Source of the DNA: an uncultured Chryseobacterium sp. | GTDB taxonomy: Bacteria > Bacteroidota > Bacteroidia > UBA10329 | DNA length: 64,000 nucleotides | Assembly (NCBI GenBank): GCA_964457245.1 | Contig: CAYWET010000014.1 | Location: 14,917 to 78,916, forward strand | Reading direction: 5' to 3' | Part shown: positions 9,238 through 19,232 of the stretch, piece by piece | Numbering within the stretch: the first letter of the stretch is position 1 | Layout: every line of letters starts with the position of its first letter | Program-made: the position numbers and the translations under genes | Notes under the pieces: model-generated | What the model was told of the DNA's origin: nothing | The model's input: the letters and a program-made list of their open reading frames with translations, nothing else | The model's database searches: none

Positions 9238-12200
9238 ATGAGTGAACGTATACTTCGAGCCTTAATGCAACTCTTTGCCTTAGTTGCTAAGGATGAAACT
9301 GGTGGCGATAGTGGTAAAAAAGTAGTTAAGGCATTTCTAGAACAAGGTCTGAATAAAGAACTCGTAAGTCAATATTTACAGGTTTACGACATTTTTTTTC
9401 AGGAATATCACGGAAGAGAGGATGAGCAGGATGAGAAGAAAAAGAAGCGTATTTCTAGAAGTTCTGTTAAGATTCTCAAGATCTGCATGGCAATTAATGC
9501 AGAGCTTACGCAGAAACAGAAGGTCATTGTGCTTTTCCGTCTGCTCGAATTCGTCAATTCAGACGGGCTGATTGATGGTCAAGAGCTTGATTTTGTCAAT
9601 ACGGTATCGGATTCATTTAATATTGACGATCAGGAATTTCTTCGATGCCTACATTTTGTAAAAGCGACTGAAGAAGACGAGCAGGATTCCGAGAATGTTC
9701 TTGTTGTAAGTAATGATAAGGAGTCTGGCTTTGAGCGCGCCCATCACATCTATTCAGAATCTTTACATGGTCAGATTCGAGTTCTGAGTATAACAAGTGT
9801 CGGTCTTTATGTGTTCCGCTATTTTGGTTCTGAAACATTGTTCATCAATGGTCAACCTGTTAGAACTGGAACCATTAACATTTTATCTCCAGGTGCGTCA
9901 ATTCGAACCTCTGGTATTTCCCCGATCTATTACAGTGACGTGGTTGGGCAGTTTATGCGAGCTACAGCCGATCATGACCTTGTTTTTGAGGTTTCCGATA
10001 TAGAGTATGTCTTTCCAGGCGGTAAGCAAGGTCTCCATAAGCTTAATATCCGTGAACAATCTGGTCAACTTTTAGGCATTATGGGAGCCAGCGGAGCTGG
10101 AAAATCCACGCTGCTTAATATTCTAAACGGAACAGCCAGACCCTCTAGCGGTGCTGTTAGAATCAATGGAATTGACATCTATGACGAGCCGGATAAGGTT
10201 GAAGGTCTGATTGGTTATATATCGCAAGATGACCTTCTGATAGAAGATCTTACAGTTTTCGAGAATCTTTATTACAATGCCAAATTGTGTTTTGAAGGGC
10301 TGAGCAATTTCAAACTCACCAAAATGGTGATTACTACACTCAACAGTCTTGGGCTTGGCGAAATTAAAGACCTGAAAGTCGGAAGTCCACTGAATAAAAA
10401 GATCAGTGGGGGACAAAGAAAGCGCTTGAATATTGCCTTAGAGTTGATTCGCGAACCATCAATTCTGTTCGTGGATGAACCTACATCTGGGCTTTCATCT
10501 CGCGATAGCGAGAATATCATGGACCTTCTGAAAGAGCTTGCGCTGAAAGGAAAGCTCGTTTATGTGGTCATTCATCAGCCTTCTTCAGATATCTATAAGA
10601 TGTTTGATAAGTTGTTGATTTTAGATACCGGTGGTTTTCCGGTGTACTATGGAAACCCGATTGATGCGATAAGCTACTTTAAATCGCAGATCAATGATGT
10701 TACTAGTCAAGATGTAGAGTGCTTTAATTGTGGTAATGTTAATCCAGAGCAGGTCTTCAACATTATTGAAGGCAAAGTTCTTGATGAATATGGTCAGCTT
10801 ACTCAATCAAGGAGGGTAAATCCAGCTGAGTGGAATGAAAAGTTCATCAGCTCTGGTAAAATGGATGCTGAATTGGCAGACTCGGATGGAAAGGGCGGTG
10901 TTCTTCCGAAAGTTGCCAGTATTCCATCGAAGATCAAGCAGTTCATTGTATTCATTACTCGTGATGTGAAATCGAAGTGGGCTGATAAGCAATATATGCT
11001 CATCAACTTCCTCGAAACCCCAGTGCTTGCACTGATTTTAGCTTCGTTAGTCAGATACTACGCCAATGATGAAGTTGGCTACGTGTTCCGCGAGAACGAC
11101 AATATTCCAGCATACATGTTCATGTGCGTGGTTGTTGCATTGTTTTTCGGTCTGACGGTCAGTGCTGAGGAAATCATCAAGGATAGGAAAATTCTGAAGA
11201 GGGAGAAATTCCTCAATCTCAGCCGTTCCAGTTACTTGGTGTCCAAGATTATTATCATGTTCTTCATTTCGTTGGTTCAAACACTGTCGTTTGTGCTTAT
11301 CGGTAATGCCATTCTAGAGATTCAGGGAATGAACATGGCCTATTTCATAGTGCTGTTTTCAACTTCTTGCTTCGCTAACATGTTGGGACTCAATATTTCA
11401 GCAAGTTTCAGAAATGCAGTTACAATTTATATTCTCATCCCGTTTCTCATCATTCCGCAACTTTTACTAAGTGGAGTTATCGTTGAGTTTGATAAGCTTA
11501 ACCCAGGATTTTCCTCAGATGAATACGTGCCAATTACTGGAGAAATAATGGCTTCAAAATGGGCTTACGAAGCATTGGCGGTTCACCAGTTTAAGAACAA
11601 TAAATATCAATCTGATCTATTTGATTTTGAAAAAGAAGTTAGTGAGGCCACTTTTCGAAAAGACTATTGGATACCCGAATTGAAGAAACGTGTTATTTCT
11701 GCTCGAACACTGCTTACTTCAGACTCAATAGATTCGGAGAGACTGCAAAAATTAGTTACCCTGATTCATCATGAAATAATTCGGGAAAACGAGTTCAATT
11801 CAGAAAACAATTTTGAGAAAGTAGATCAACTAACATTTGATGCCGTGAAGGTTGAGGTGCTGGACGAACTTCGAACGTACTTGGATAAATTATCTCGTTA
11901 TTACGTTAAGAAGAGGAATGCAATTGATATGCAGAAGGACCGTTTAATTGCGTCAAAAGTGAAAACCCCAGAGGAGCGTGATGCTTTCAACAACCTTAGA
12001 GATGATTATTACAATGAAAGTCTGGGTGATCTTGTGTTGAACAGTGCAGATTTTTACCGAATAATAGAGCGAAATGGTAAGCTGATTCAACGGTTACATC
12101 CGATATATGAAGATCCCACTGGCAGCTTTATGCTTCGCTCTCATTTCTTCGCACCGCGGAAAGTTTTCTTTGGAAAGTATGTGGATACGTTCTGGGCTAA

Positions 12201-12333
12201 TATCATCGTTATCTGGTTGATGTCCATCTTCTTGATGTTTACACTTTACTTTGATGCGCTGACTAAACTTCTTGCTTGGTTTGCAACTATGAGTGATCGG
12301 ATACAGGGGTCATTTAAGACAAAAAAAGCCTAA
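9238..12333 (+). CDS. fused ABC half-transporter: tandem TerB-like N-terminal domain, FHA-like domain, ABC ATPase, then an ABC-2/ABCG-type permease
   Basis: Walker A GASGAGKST, signature ISGGQRKRL, Walker B ILFVDEPTSGL, six C-terminal TM helices; the N-terminus has two LxxLxxVAxxDGxIDxxE-type (TerB/DjlA-N-like) repeats, then an LFINGQPV FHA-like segment. Confidence 0.85.
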   Translation: MSERILRALMQLFALVAKDETGGDSGKKVVKAFLEQGLNKELVSQYLQVYDIFFQEYHGREDEQDEKKKKRISRSSVKILKICMAINAELTQKQKVIVLFRLLEFVNSDGLIDGQELDFVNTVSDSFNIDDQEFLRCLHFVKATEEDEQDSENVLVVSNDKESGFERAHHIYSESLHGQIRVLSITSVGLYVFRYFGSETLFINGQPVRTGTINILSPGASIRTSGISPIYYSDVVGQFMRATADHDLVFEVSDIEYVFPGGKQGLHKLNIREQSGQLLGIMGASGAGKSTLLNILNGTARPSSGAVRINGIDIYDEPDKVEGLIGYISQDDLLIEDLTVFENLYYNAKLCFEGLSNFKLTKMVITTLNSLGLGEIKDLKVGSPLNKKISGGQRKRLNIALELIREPSILFVDEPTSGLSSRDSENIMDLLKELALKGKLVYVVIHQPSSDIYKMFDKLLILDTGGFPVYYGNPIDAISYFKSQINDVTSQDVECFNCGNVNPEQVFNIIEGKVLDEYGQLTQSRRVNPAEWNEKFISSGKMDAELADSDGKGGVLPKVASIPSKIKQFIVFITRDVKSKWADKQYMLINFLETPVLALILASLVRYYANDEVGYVFRENDNIPAYMFMCVVVALFFGLTVSAEEIIKDRKILKREKFLNLSRSSYLVSKIIIMFFISLVQTLSFVLIGNAILEIQGMNMAYFIVLFSTSCFANMLGLNISASFRNAVTIYILIPFLIIPQLLLSGVIVEFDKLNPGFSSDEYVPITGEIMASKWAYEALAVHQFKNNKYQSDLFDFEKEVSEATFRKDYWIPELKKRVISARTLLTSDSIDSERLQKLVTLIHHEIIRENEFNSENNFEKVDQLTFDAVKVEVLDELRTYLDKLSRYYVKKRNAIDMQKDRLIASKVKTPEERDAFNNLRDDYYNESLGDLVLNSADFYRIIERNGKLIQRLHPIYEDPTGSFMLRSHFFAPRKVFFGKYVDTFWANIIVIWLMSIFLMFTLYFDALTKLLAWFATMSDRIQGSFKTKKA

Positions 12334-12461
12334 AGGTTTCGAGTCGTTTCAATCATGTTTCCCTTCACATTATTTAACCGTTTGTTATTGGGAAAAGCGC
12401 TGCATGCATACTAATTTGGCAACGCTACTGTTAGGGTAGTTCCAACCCAAATTATTCTTTT

Positions 12462-14567
12462 ATGAGTTACAGAATTTCGGGTCTCCTTGCGGGACTCTTG
12501 ATGCTTTGCAGTTTTGCCAGTGCGCAGATTAATGTTGATAATGTCGAGATAGTCAGAGACATGTGGGGTGTTCCTCACATTTTCGGGAAGACGGATGCTG
12601 ACGTTGCTTACGGCCTAGCTTGGGCAACTTGCGAAGATGATTTCAATACAGTTCAGCATTTGTTGTTGGCGGCCAATGGCCGATTAGGTGAGGTTACTGG
12701 AAAAGACGGAGCGTTGCTCGATTTTATGGGCAAGATCACTCGAGTTTCTGAAGAAGTGGAGAAACGCTGGGATGGCGCATTTTCAGACCATTATCTCAAA
12801 TATCTTGACGCTTATTCAGAAGGATTGAATCGCTTTGCGGAAACGCATACAGACGAAGTTTTAAGAAAAGGCTTGTTCCCAATCTCATCCAAAGATGTAG
12901 TGAAAGCCAACACGTTAACGCTTGTTTTTCTAACGAGCGTATACATCGAGATTCAGCAGATTTTTACGCGTTCCATTCTTCTTCACGAAAGAAAGATCAA
13001 ATACACCGGAAATCTTCCGGATGGATCAAATGCATTGGCTTTCAATAAGAACAAAACAGCCAACGGACACACATATTTAGCTATCAACTCGCATCAGCCG
13101 TTAGAAGGTTTGTTCTCATGGTATGAAGCGCATTTGGTGAGTGAAGAAGGCATGAATGTTCTTGGTGGAACTTTTCCTGGCGGTGCCAACATTTTCCATG
13201 GAGTGAACGAGTATTTGGGCTGGGCGGCTACGCTCAATCATCCAGATCTATGTGATGTCTATAAATTGGAAATGCACCCGAAAAAGAGAAACCTGTACAA
13301 GTTTGACGGGGAGTATATTGAACTTGAACCTTTCAAGGCCAAAGCAAAAGTGAAGATCGGCCCGTTGCGGTTGCCGGTATCTAAGAAATTCTACAAGAGC
13401 AAACACGGAACCGTTATCGAAAACAAAGATGGGTTCTACGCAATTCGATTCCCTGCCAATATGGATATAGCTGGTACGGAGCAGCTTTATTTCATGAACA
13501 AAGCCAAGAATTTAAAGGAGTACAATGAGGCCTTGGCGATGGGGCATTTCCCTGGCACGAATAACATTTATGCCGATGGAGAAGGCAATATTCAGTACAC
13601 TAGTTTAGGGCTGTTCGGATACAGAAATCCAAAGTTTGACTGGTTGAAAGTACTTCCTGGAAACACGAGCGAAGCCATTTGGGAAGACGGAAAGTTCCAT
13701 CCTGTTTCGGAACTGCCAACGTATTTGAATCCCGATTGTGGTTATCTCTACAATACCAACGGAACACCGTTTTTCGCTACTGCTCCAGAAGAGAATCTGA
13801 ATCCAGCCGATTTTGATAAAACATTTGGATATCAGGATGAGAAGAAAATCAATAACCGAGCGCTACGTGCTCAGAAATTGATTTCCGGTTTTGATAAGAT
13901 GACCTGGGAAGATTTTAAAACTGTGAAGTATGATAAGGTCTACAATAAGGAGATGCGTGGGTACAACATCAATAACATGTGGATGTTGGACAGCATTGAT
14001 GCTGAGAAATATCCGGATTTGAAAGAAGCTCTCGAGGTGATACGAGCTTGGGATCACGAAGCAGATGTGGATGATAAAGAAGCCACGTTACTTGTTTTTG
14101 TGTTCAATAATCTGATGGATCAGATTATGTCAAAAGGTTTGACCTACAATTCGAATGCATTGACGGAAGAGCAATATGTGGATGCCATACGCAAGGCTGC
14201 TAAGCATATGAAAAAGCATTTTGGTACGCTCAGAATGCGAATGGGAGATGTGCAGAAACATGTTCGCGGAGACAAGGAAATTGGCGTTGGAAGAGCTCCA
14301 GAAGTGCTTGCGTCAAATATCACCAAACCATACAAGAAAGGCCTTCTCAAGACTTTTGTTGGAGATTCTTATATCATACTGGTTGACTTTGGAACAGATG
14401 GCAAACCTGTAATTCATACGGTTAACGCTTACGGAGCATCAACACGTCCAGACAGTCCGCATTACACGGACCAAATGGAAATGTGGGCGGCAGAGAAGAC
14501 CAAACTCATGACCTTGGATAGGGAAGAGGTTTACGAAAACGCGGAGAAGATCTACCATCCGCAGTGA
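12462..14567 (+). CDS. secreted Ntn-hydrolase of the penicillin amidase / acyl-homoserine-lactone acylase family (S45)
   Basis: Signal peptide; VPHIFG...DADVAYGLAWATCEDDF N-terminal block and the SNA nucleophile region typical of penicillin acylases. Confidence 0.8.
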   Translation: MSYRISGLLAGLLMLCSFASAQINVDNVEIVRDMWGVPHIFGKTDADVAYGLAWATCEDDFNTVQHLLLAANGRLGEVTGKDGALLDFMGKITRVSEEVEKRWDGAFSDHYLKYLDAYSEGLNRFAETHTDEVLRKGLFPISSKDVVKANTLTLVFLTSVYIEIQQIFTRSILLHERKIKYTGNLPDGSNALAFNKNKTANGHTYLAINSHQPLEGLFSWYEAHLVSEEGMNVLGGTFPGGANIFHGVNEYLGWAATLNHPDLCDVYKLEMHPKKRNLYKFDGEYIELEPFKAKAKVKIGPLRLPVSKKFYKSKHGTVIENKDGFYAIRFPANMDIAGTEQLYFMNKAKNLKEYNEALAMGHFPGTNNIYADGEGNIQYTSLGLFGYRNPKFDWLKVLPGNTSEAIWEDGKFHPVSELPTYLNPDCGYLYNTNGTPFFATAPEENLNPADFDKTFGYQDEKKINNRALRAQKLISGFDKMTWEDFKTVKYDKVYNKEMRGYNINNMWMLDSIDAEKYPDLKEALEVIRAWDHEADVDDKEATLLVFVFNNLMDQIMSKGLTYNSNALTEEQYVDAIRKAAKHMKKHFGTLRMRMGDVQKHVRGDKEIGVGRAPEVLASNITKPYKKGLLKTFVGDSYIILVDFGTDGKPVIHTVNAYGASTRPDSPHYTDQMEMWAAEKTKLMTLDREEVYENAEKIYHPQ

Positions 14568-14569
14568 TT

Positions 14570-15163
14570 TCAAATAATTTTTAGGTCTGGAATTGAAAGG
14601 AACAGATCGGTGGTTTGTTCCATTTCTGATTCTGCTACTTCAATTTGCCAAACGCAATCAATTCCGAATTCTTGATTCTGGATTTTCAGACCATTCTGAC
14701 CGATAATTCGTTCTACGTTTCCAATGCTGGAATGTGGAAACTGTAGTTTGATCAATGCTGTAGGAATCTTCTCAACCACTTTAGCTTTATCTAGAGCTTC
14801 TCGTGCAGCTTCTTTATATGCGTTGATGAGACCAGAAACTCCAAGTTTGGTTCCTCCGAAGTACCTTACAACGGCAACCAACGTGTTGGTTACATCTTTG
14901 CTTTTGATCTGATTGAGAATCGGTAAACCAGCAGAGCCATTCGGTTCGCCCTCATCATTTGCTCGATATTCAGTTCCATCTGGCCCTAGCTGGTAAGCGT
15001 AACACACATGCCTGGATGATGAGTGTTCTTCCTTCAGCTTTTCTAGAAGAGGTTTCACGTCATCAACATTTGTGATGGGAAAAGCATATGCAATGAACTT
15101 CGAACCACGGTCTTTGAATAGGCCTTCAGTAGTTTTTGAAATGGTTCTGAATGGTTGCGACAT
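14570..15163 (-). CDS. yigZ: YigZ / IMPACT family protein (UPF0029)
   Basis: GSKFIAYAF...DEGEPNGSAGLPIL...VVRYFGGTKLG blocks. Confidence 0.75.
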   Translation of the reverse strand: MSQPFRTISKTTEGLFKDRGSKFIAYAFPITNVDDVKPLLEKLKEEHSSSRHVCYAYQLGPDGTEYRANDEGEPNGSAGLPILNQIKSKDVTNTLVAVVRYFGGTKLGVSGLINAYKEAAREALDKAKVVEKIPTALIKLQFPHSSIGNVERIIGQNGLKIQNQEFGIDCVWQIEVAESEMEQTTDLFLSIPDLKII

Positions 15164-15178
15164 GAGCCGCTAAGTTAC

Positions 15179-17227
15179 TCAGATGGTCAGGGCGATCAGA
15201 CTTACATCATCAATCTGTTCTGTATTTCCTTTCCACTCGTTGTAGAAGCTTTCTAAATATTCAAAATCGTTATCCACAACAGATTGCAGCAACACCTGAC
15301 GAAGTCGTTTAATGCCCAACTTTTTGTCGTTTTCGCCTCCAAATTGATCAGCATAACCATCTGAGAAAAGGAAAAGCGTGTCACCTTTTTCGAGTTGAAG
15401 TTTATGATCAGTAAATGGACCTGAATCAAAATATCCACCAACGCTTCTTCGGTCGGATTTTATCAGAAACATATTCCAACCATCAACCGACTCTTTGAGT
15501 TCGGTATTCTCAATTTCGGTTCTTCTTGAAACAACTAGCAACGGATTATGAGCCCCAGCAAAAGTCAGATTTCGTTGATTTTTTGAGATAGAGAAGAGGG
15601 CTATATCCATTCCATCCTTCACGCTTCCACCGCTTTTTTCAAACTGCTCTTCCACGTGGTCGCTCAGACTTTGAAGAATCTCCGATGGTTTTGAAAGTTG
15701 CTTTTCACGCACCGCTTTGTTCAGCCCTTGATAGCCAACCATGCTTACCATTGCGCCTGGAACCCCATGCCCCGTGCAATCTGCAACTGCCACGAACGTG
15801 GTGTCGTTTACATCTTCCAACCAATAGAAATCCCCAGAAACGATGTCTTTCGGTCTGTAGAAAATGAAATGACGTTCAAATCGTCCTTCGAACGCAGCAT
15901 GCTTTGGGAGAATAGCATACTGCAAATTCTTGGCATACTCAATGCTGTCGGTAATGTGTGTGTTCTTTTCTTCAATAATGGCTTTCTGACCGGAAATCTC
16001 TCTGTTTTTCTCTTCAAGCATTTCATTGTCGCGTTGCTTGCCTTGGTAATTCCGGTAGAGAACAAAGAAGAGTAGAAGAGCCATCATTCCAATTCCAAAC
16101 GATGCGTTTCGAAGCAGTCGTTGCCGCTTGATTTCCTCTTCCGCCAATGCCTGTTGGTGCTTGATCTCAGTTTCAATCTTAACCCTTTCTTTTTCGTGCT
16201 CAAATTGTTGCCTGAGAAGTGATATGTCATTCTCCAAATTGAATTGATGAATACTATCAGCATAATCAAAATACTGTTGCCAGTAGAATTGCGCTTTCGG
16301 GCCATTACCAAGACCGATGTATGCATTTCCTAAACACCTACAAGCAGATCCTTCCCACTCAAGTCCATGTTCTTGCGAAAGCTGTAATGATTGTTCGCAA
16401 AACTCTTTGGCTTTTTTGAAGTTGCCAAGACTTGCCGCATCATCTCCTAAGTTTCCCAAAACCATTGCCTGTCCCCAATAGTTTTCCTTTTTCTGGTAGA
16501 TATGTAGAGCCAATTGAAATAGGGAATCTGATTTGGAATACTGATTTTGATGTGACGCAATGGTTCCCAGAAGATTCAGAGCCTGTGCTTGCCCAAGCTC
16601 ATTACCGTATTTCGAACGAATATTCAAACACTTGGTCGCGTATTCTTCGGCTTTTCCCCATTCCTGTTGCTTCTTATAGATCAGGGCAATATTGTTCCAA
16701 GTGTTTCCTATCAAATATGGAATGTTCGCTTTCAGCGCAACATCAAGGCATTGTTCATGGAAACTCAAGGCTTTCTCATCCTCATCTTGCTCTTCATACA
16801 GAATGCCGATGTTGCCCAAAATCGACCCGATTAAACTTGAATCGGGCAAGCTTTTAGCCATTTCCAGTCCATTCAGGTAATATTCGATTGCGGTAGACTT
16901 ATCACCAAGGCCTTTATGATTCAGTCCGAGGTTGTTCAAAGAATAAGCAATACCACTTCTGAAATCAATATTACGTCTGATGTTCAGTGATCTTTCGTGA
17001 GCTTTTACGGCTTCACTGTAATTGGTCTTTACCCAATTTGCAATACCGATAACCTCATAAGCGTTGGATTGTAGCTTCAGTGATGTGTCTGCTTCAATAA
17101 ACTGTTCAGCTAAGAGGATAGCTGAATCCGGCTTGAAGTATTGAAGATCCTGAGCTTTATCTAAAAGACTTTCCTGGCTGGTAACAATCAGCGGAATGAA
17201 CACAAAGAAGAGTAGCAATTTCTTCAC
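15179..17227 (-). CDS. membrane-anchored periplasmic TPR-repeat sensor fused to a cytoplasmic PP2C/SpoIIE-type Ser/Thr phosphatase
   Basis: Signal peptide, about 350 aa of TPR repeats, one TM (FGIGMMALLLFFVLY), then GDFYW...AVADCTGHGVPGAM...FSDGYADQ PP2C motifs. Confidence 0.8.
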   Translation of the reverse strand: MKKLLLFFVFIPLIVTSQESLLDKAQDLQYFKPDSAILLAEQFIEADTSLKLQSNAYEVIGIANWVKTNYSEAVKAHERSLNIRRNIDFRSGIAYSLNNLGLNHKGLGDKSTAIEYYLNGLEMAKSLPDSSLIGSILGNIGILYEEQDEDEKALSFHEQCLDVALKANIPYLIGNTWNNIALIYKKQQEWGKAEEYATKCLNIRSKYGNELGQAQALNLLGTIASHQNQYSKSDSLFQLALHIYQKKENYWGQAMVLGNLGDDAASLGNFKKAKEFCEQSLQLSQEHGLEWEGSACRCLGNAYIGLGNGPKAQFYWQQYFDYADSIHQFNLENDISLLRQQFEHEKERVKIETEIKHQQALAEEEIKRQRLLRNASFGIGMMALLLFFVLYRNYQGKQRDNEMLEEKNREISGQKAIIEEKNTHITDSIEYAKNLQYAILPKHAAFEGRFERHFIFYRPKDIVSGDFYWLEDVNDTTFVAVADCTGHGVPGAMVSMVGYQGLNKAVREKQLSKPSEILQSLSDHVEEQFEKSGGSVKDGMDIALFSISKNQRNLTFAGAHNPLLVVSRRTEIENTELKESVDGWNMFLIKSDRRSVGGYFDSGPFTDHKLQLEKGDTLFLFSDGYADQFGGENDKKLGIKRLRQVLLQSVVDNDFEYLESFYNEWKGNTEQIDDVSLIALTI

Positions 17228-17324
17228 CTTGTGAAACTATCAAATTCCACCCGAAACACTTATTACCGTATCAATTACAGTTATTACGCGTAAGTAGGTT
17301 TTTAGCCTACGGTTAAGAACTTTT

Positions 17325-19232
17325 ATGTTGATGATCCACCTCCATCGCGCAGTAACCCTTCTTGTGGTGAACTGCATTTTTGCGTTCACTGCTGTGGCCC
17401 AGTCAGTTCAGGCTGAGGCAGACTCGTCTGTGTGCTTAGCCTACATGGATAGCGTGGAAATGTATTCATATCGGTACGATGCCACCGATTCGCTTAAGTA
17501 TTTCGGATTGAAGGTGATGGAATGTTCTGCTGCGCTGGATGACCATGAAAGCTATTTCGAAGCACTATCGGTTGTGGGTGTGGCTTACCTGCGGCAGAAT
17601 GATTACGAGAACGCGCTCAAGTATTTTAAGCAGCACCGAGAGGAAACATTGGAGCATGGAGACTCGCTCGATCTAGCTCGTTCGCTCATCAATTTGGGCG
17701 GTGTCTATTCGCAAATGGATAGCACCAAGAAAGCCATGGAAACACTGATGCAATCGGCCAAATTACTAGAGCATTATCAGGATTCTTCCATGCTCATGTA
17801 TGTGTACACCAACATCGGAATTCTGATGGGCGCGGTAAAGAATAGAGAAGAGCAGCTCAAGTTCAGTCGACTGGCATTTTCTATGGCAAACGGGAAAATT
17901 CACGATCAGCGAACGCTTACCCTCGCTACTAATCTTGCTATCAATTATAGTAATAGTGAGATGCTTGATTCGGCTTTGACTTTGGGTAAGAAGGTTTTGA
18001 TCAAAGCCAGAGAAATAGGAAATCCTAAAAGTCTGACGCAAATATTATCGCATTTAGCAAACATTAGCAGCAAGCTCGAGAATTATGATGATGCGCTACG
18101 ATATGCCAATGAGGTTTTGAAATATGAAGGCGTGATTAAACACGACCAAACCTTTTCATCGACCTACACTTACAAGGGAATCGTACTTGGGCAATTGGGT
18201 CGATATGAAGAAGCCGTTGCGTGTTTAGAAAAGGCCGCTGCGTATGCCGCTAACGAAAAGGCAATGCAGCGGAAAACCATGGTGTTGCTGCAGTTGCATC
18301 AGGCATACGAGAAAGTGGGCAATTACGAAGCTGCTTACAGCACACTTTTAGATTACCAAATGGCCAATGATTCGCTCAGAAGTGCTGAAAATGTTGAGAT
18401 TCTCAACGACCTTGAGACCAAATATCAGACAGAGAAAAAGGAACAGCAGGTTCGTGATCTGAGCCAACAGAATCAGATTGCTGAATTGAAATTGCGTCAG
18501 CGAAGTATCTGGATTATCGTTGTGATCATTGCCGCCATTGCCGTTGCTGGAGGAATTTTCTTCGTCTCGCGCCAGCGACTATTGAAAGAGCAGCAAGACG
18601 CATTGGAGAACAAGCTACTTTCTCTACGCGTGCAGTTGAATCCGCATTTCATTTTCAATGCGCTTACGGCAGTTCAGAACTACATGCTGAGCGGAAAAGA
18701 CCTTCGCCAAGCCACACGTTATCTGTCCAATTTCGCCAAGGTTATGCGGGCATTTCTAGAATACAACCAAGAGGAAATCATTACGCTGGAAAAAGAGCTT
18801 TATGCACTCGGGCTTTATGTTGGAATTCAGGAATTACGCTTCAGCAATGGATTTGATTTTGAAGTTAATGTGGATGATGAGATTCTTCCCGAAGAAACGT
18901 TGGTTCCGCCAATGATCATGCAGCCGCTGATAGAAAACGCTATAGAACACGGCATCAGAAACGTGGAGAACGGAAAGATCACGCTTTCGTACAAGTTAAT
19001 CGGGAATCAACTGGAAATGCGGTTAGAGGACAACGGCATTGGTCGAAAACGTGCGGCTCAGGAGAATAAGAAGGCGGAGAATAAAACCTCACTTGCCACC
19101 AAAATCACGAAAGAGCGTATTTCATTGCTGAACCGAAAACGACAAGGTTCGTACACGTTTACTATGAATGACGCAAACCCAGATGGAACTGGAACCGTAG
19201 CAGTATTCACAATCCCATTTCAAGAATCATGA
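17325..19232 (+). CDS. periplasmic-TPR sensor histidine kinase, LytS/His_kinase type (paralog 1)
   Basis: Signal peptide, TPR region, one TM, LNPHFIFNALTAVQNYM His_kinase motif, HATPase_c (IENAIEHG, DNGIG). Confidence 0.85.
   Translation: MLMIHLHRAVTLLVVNCIFAFTAVAQSVQAEADSSVCLAYMDSVEMYSYRYDATDSLKYFGLKVMECSAALDDHESYFEALSVVGVAYLRQNDYENALKYFKQHREETLEHGDSLDLARSLINLGGVYSQMDSTKKAMETLMQSAKLLEHYQDSSMLMYVYTNIGILMGAVKNREEQLKFSRLAFSMANGKIHDQRTLTLATNLAINYSNSEMLDSALTLGKKVLIKAREIGNPKSLTQILSHLANISSKLENYDDALRYANEVLKYEGVIKHDQTFSSTYTYKGIVLGQLGRYEEAVACLEKAAAYAANEKAMQRKTMVLLQLHQAYEKVGNYEAAYSTLLDYQMANDSLRSAENVEILNDLETKYQTEKKEQQVRDLSQQNQIAELKLRQRSIWIIVVIIAAIAVAGGIFFVSRQRLLKEQQDALENKLLSLRVQLNPHFIFNALTAVQNYMLSGKDLRQATRYLSNFAKVMRAFLEYNQEEIITLEKELYALGLYVGIQELRFSNGFDFEVNVDDEILPEETLVPPMIMQPLIENAIEHGIRNVENGKITLSYKLIGNQLEMRLEDNGIGRKRAAQENKKAENKTSLATKITKERISLLNRKRQGSYTFTMNDANPDGTGTVAVFTIPFQES

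Noticed and set aside
15685-16880. Several 60 to 141-aa plus-strand ORFs (15698-16075, 16432-16857 and others) within the TPR-PP2C gene
   Set aside because: They are antisense to a long gene with clear domains. TPR codon repetitiveness generates open antisense frames.
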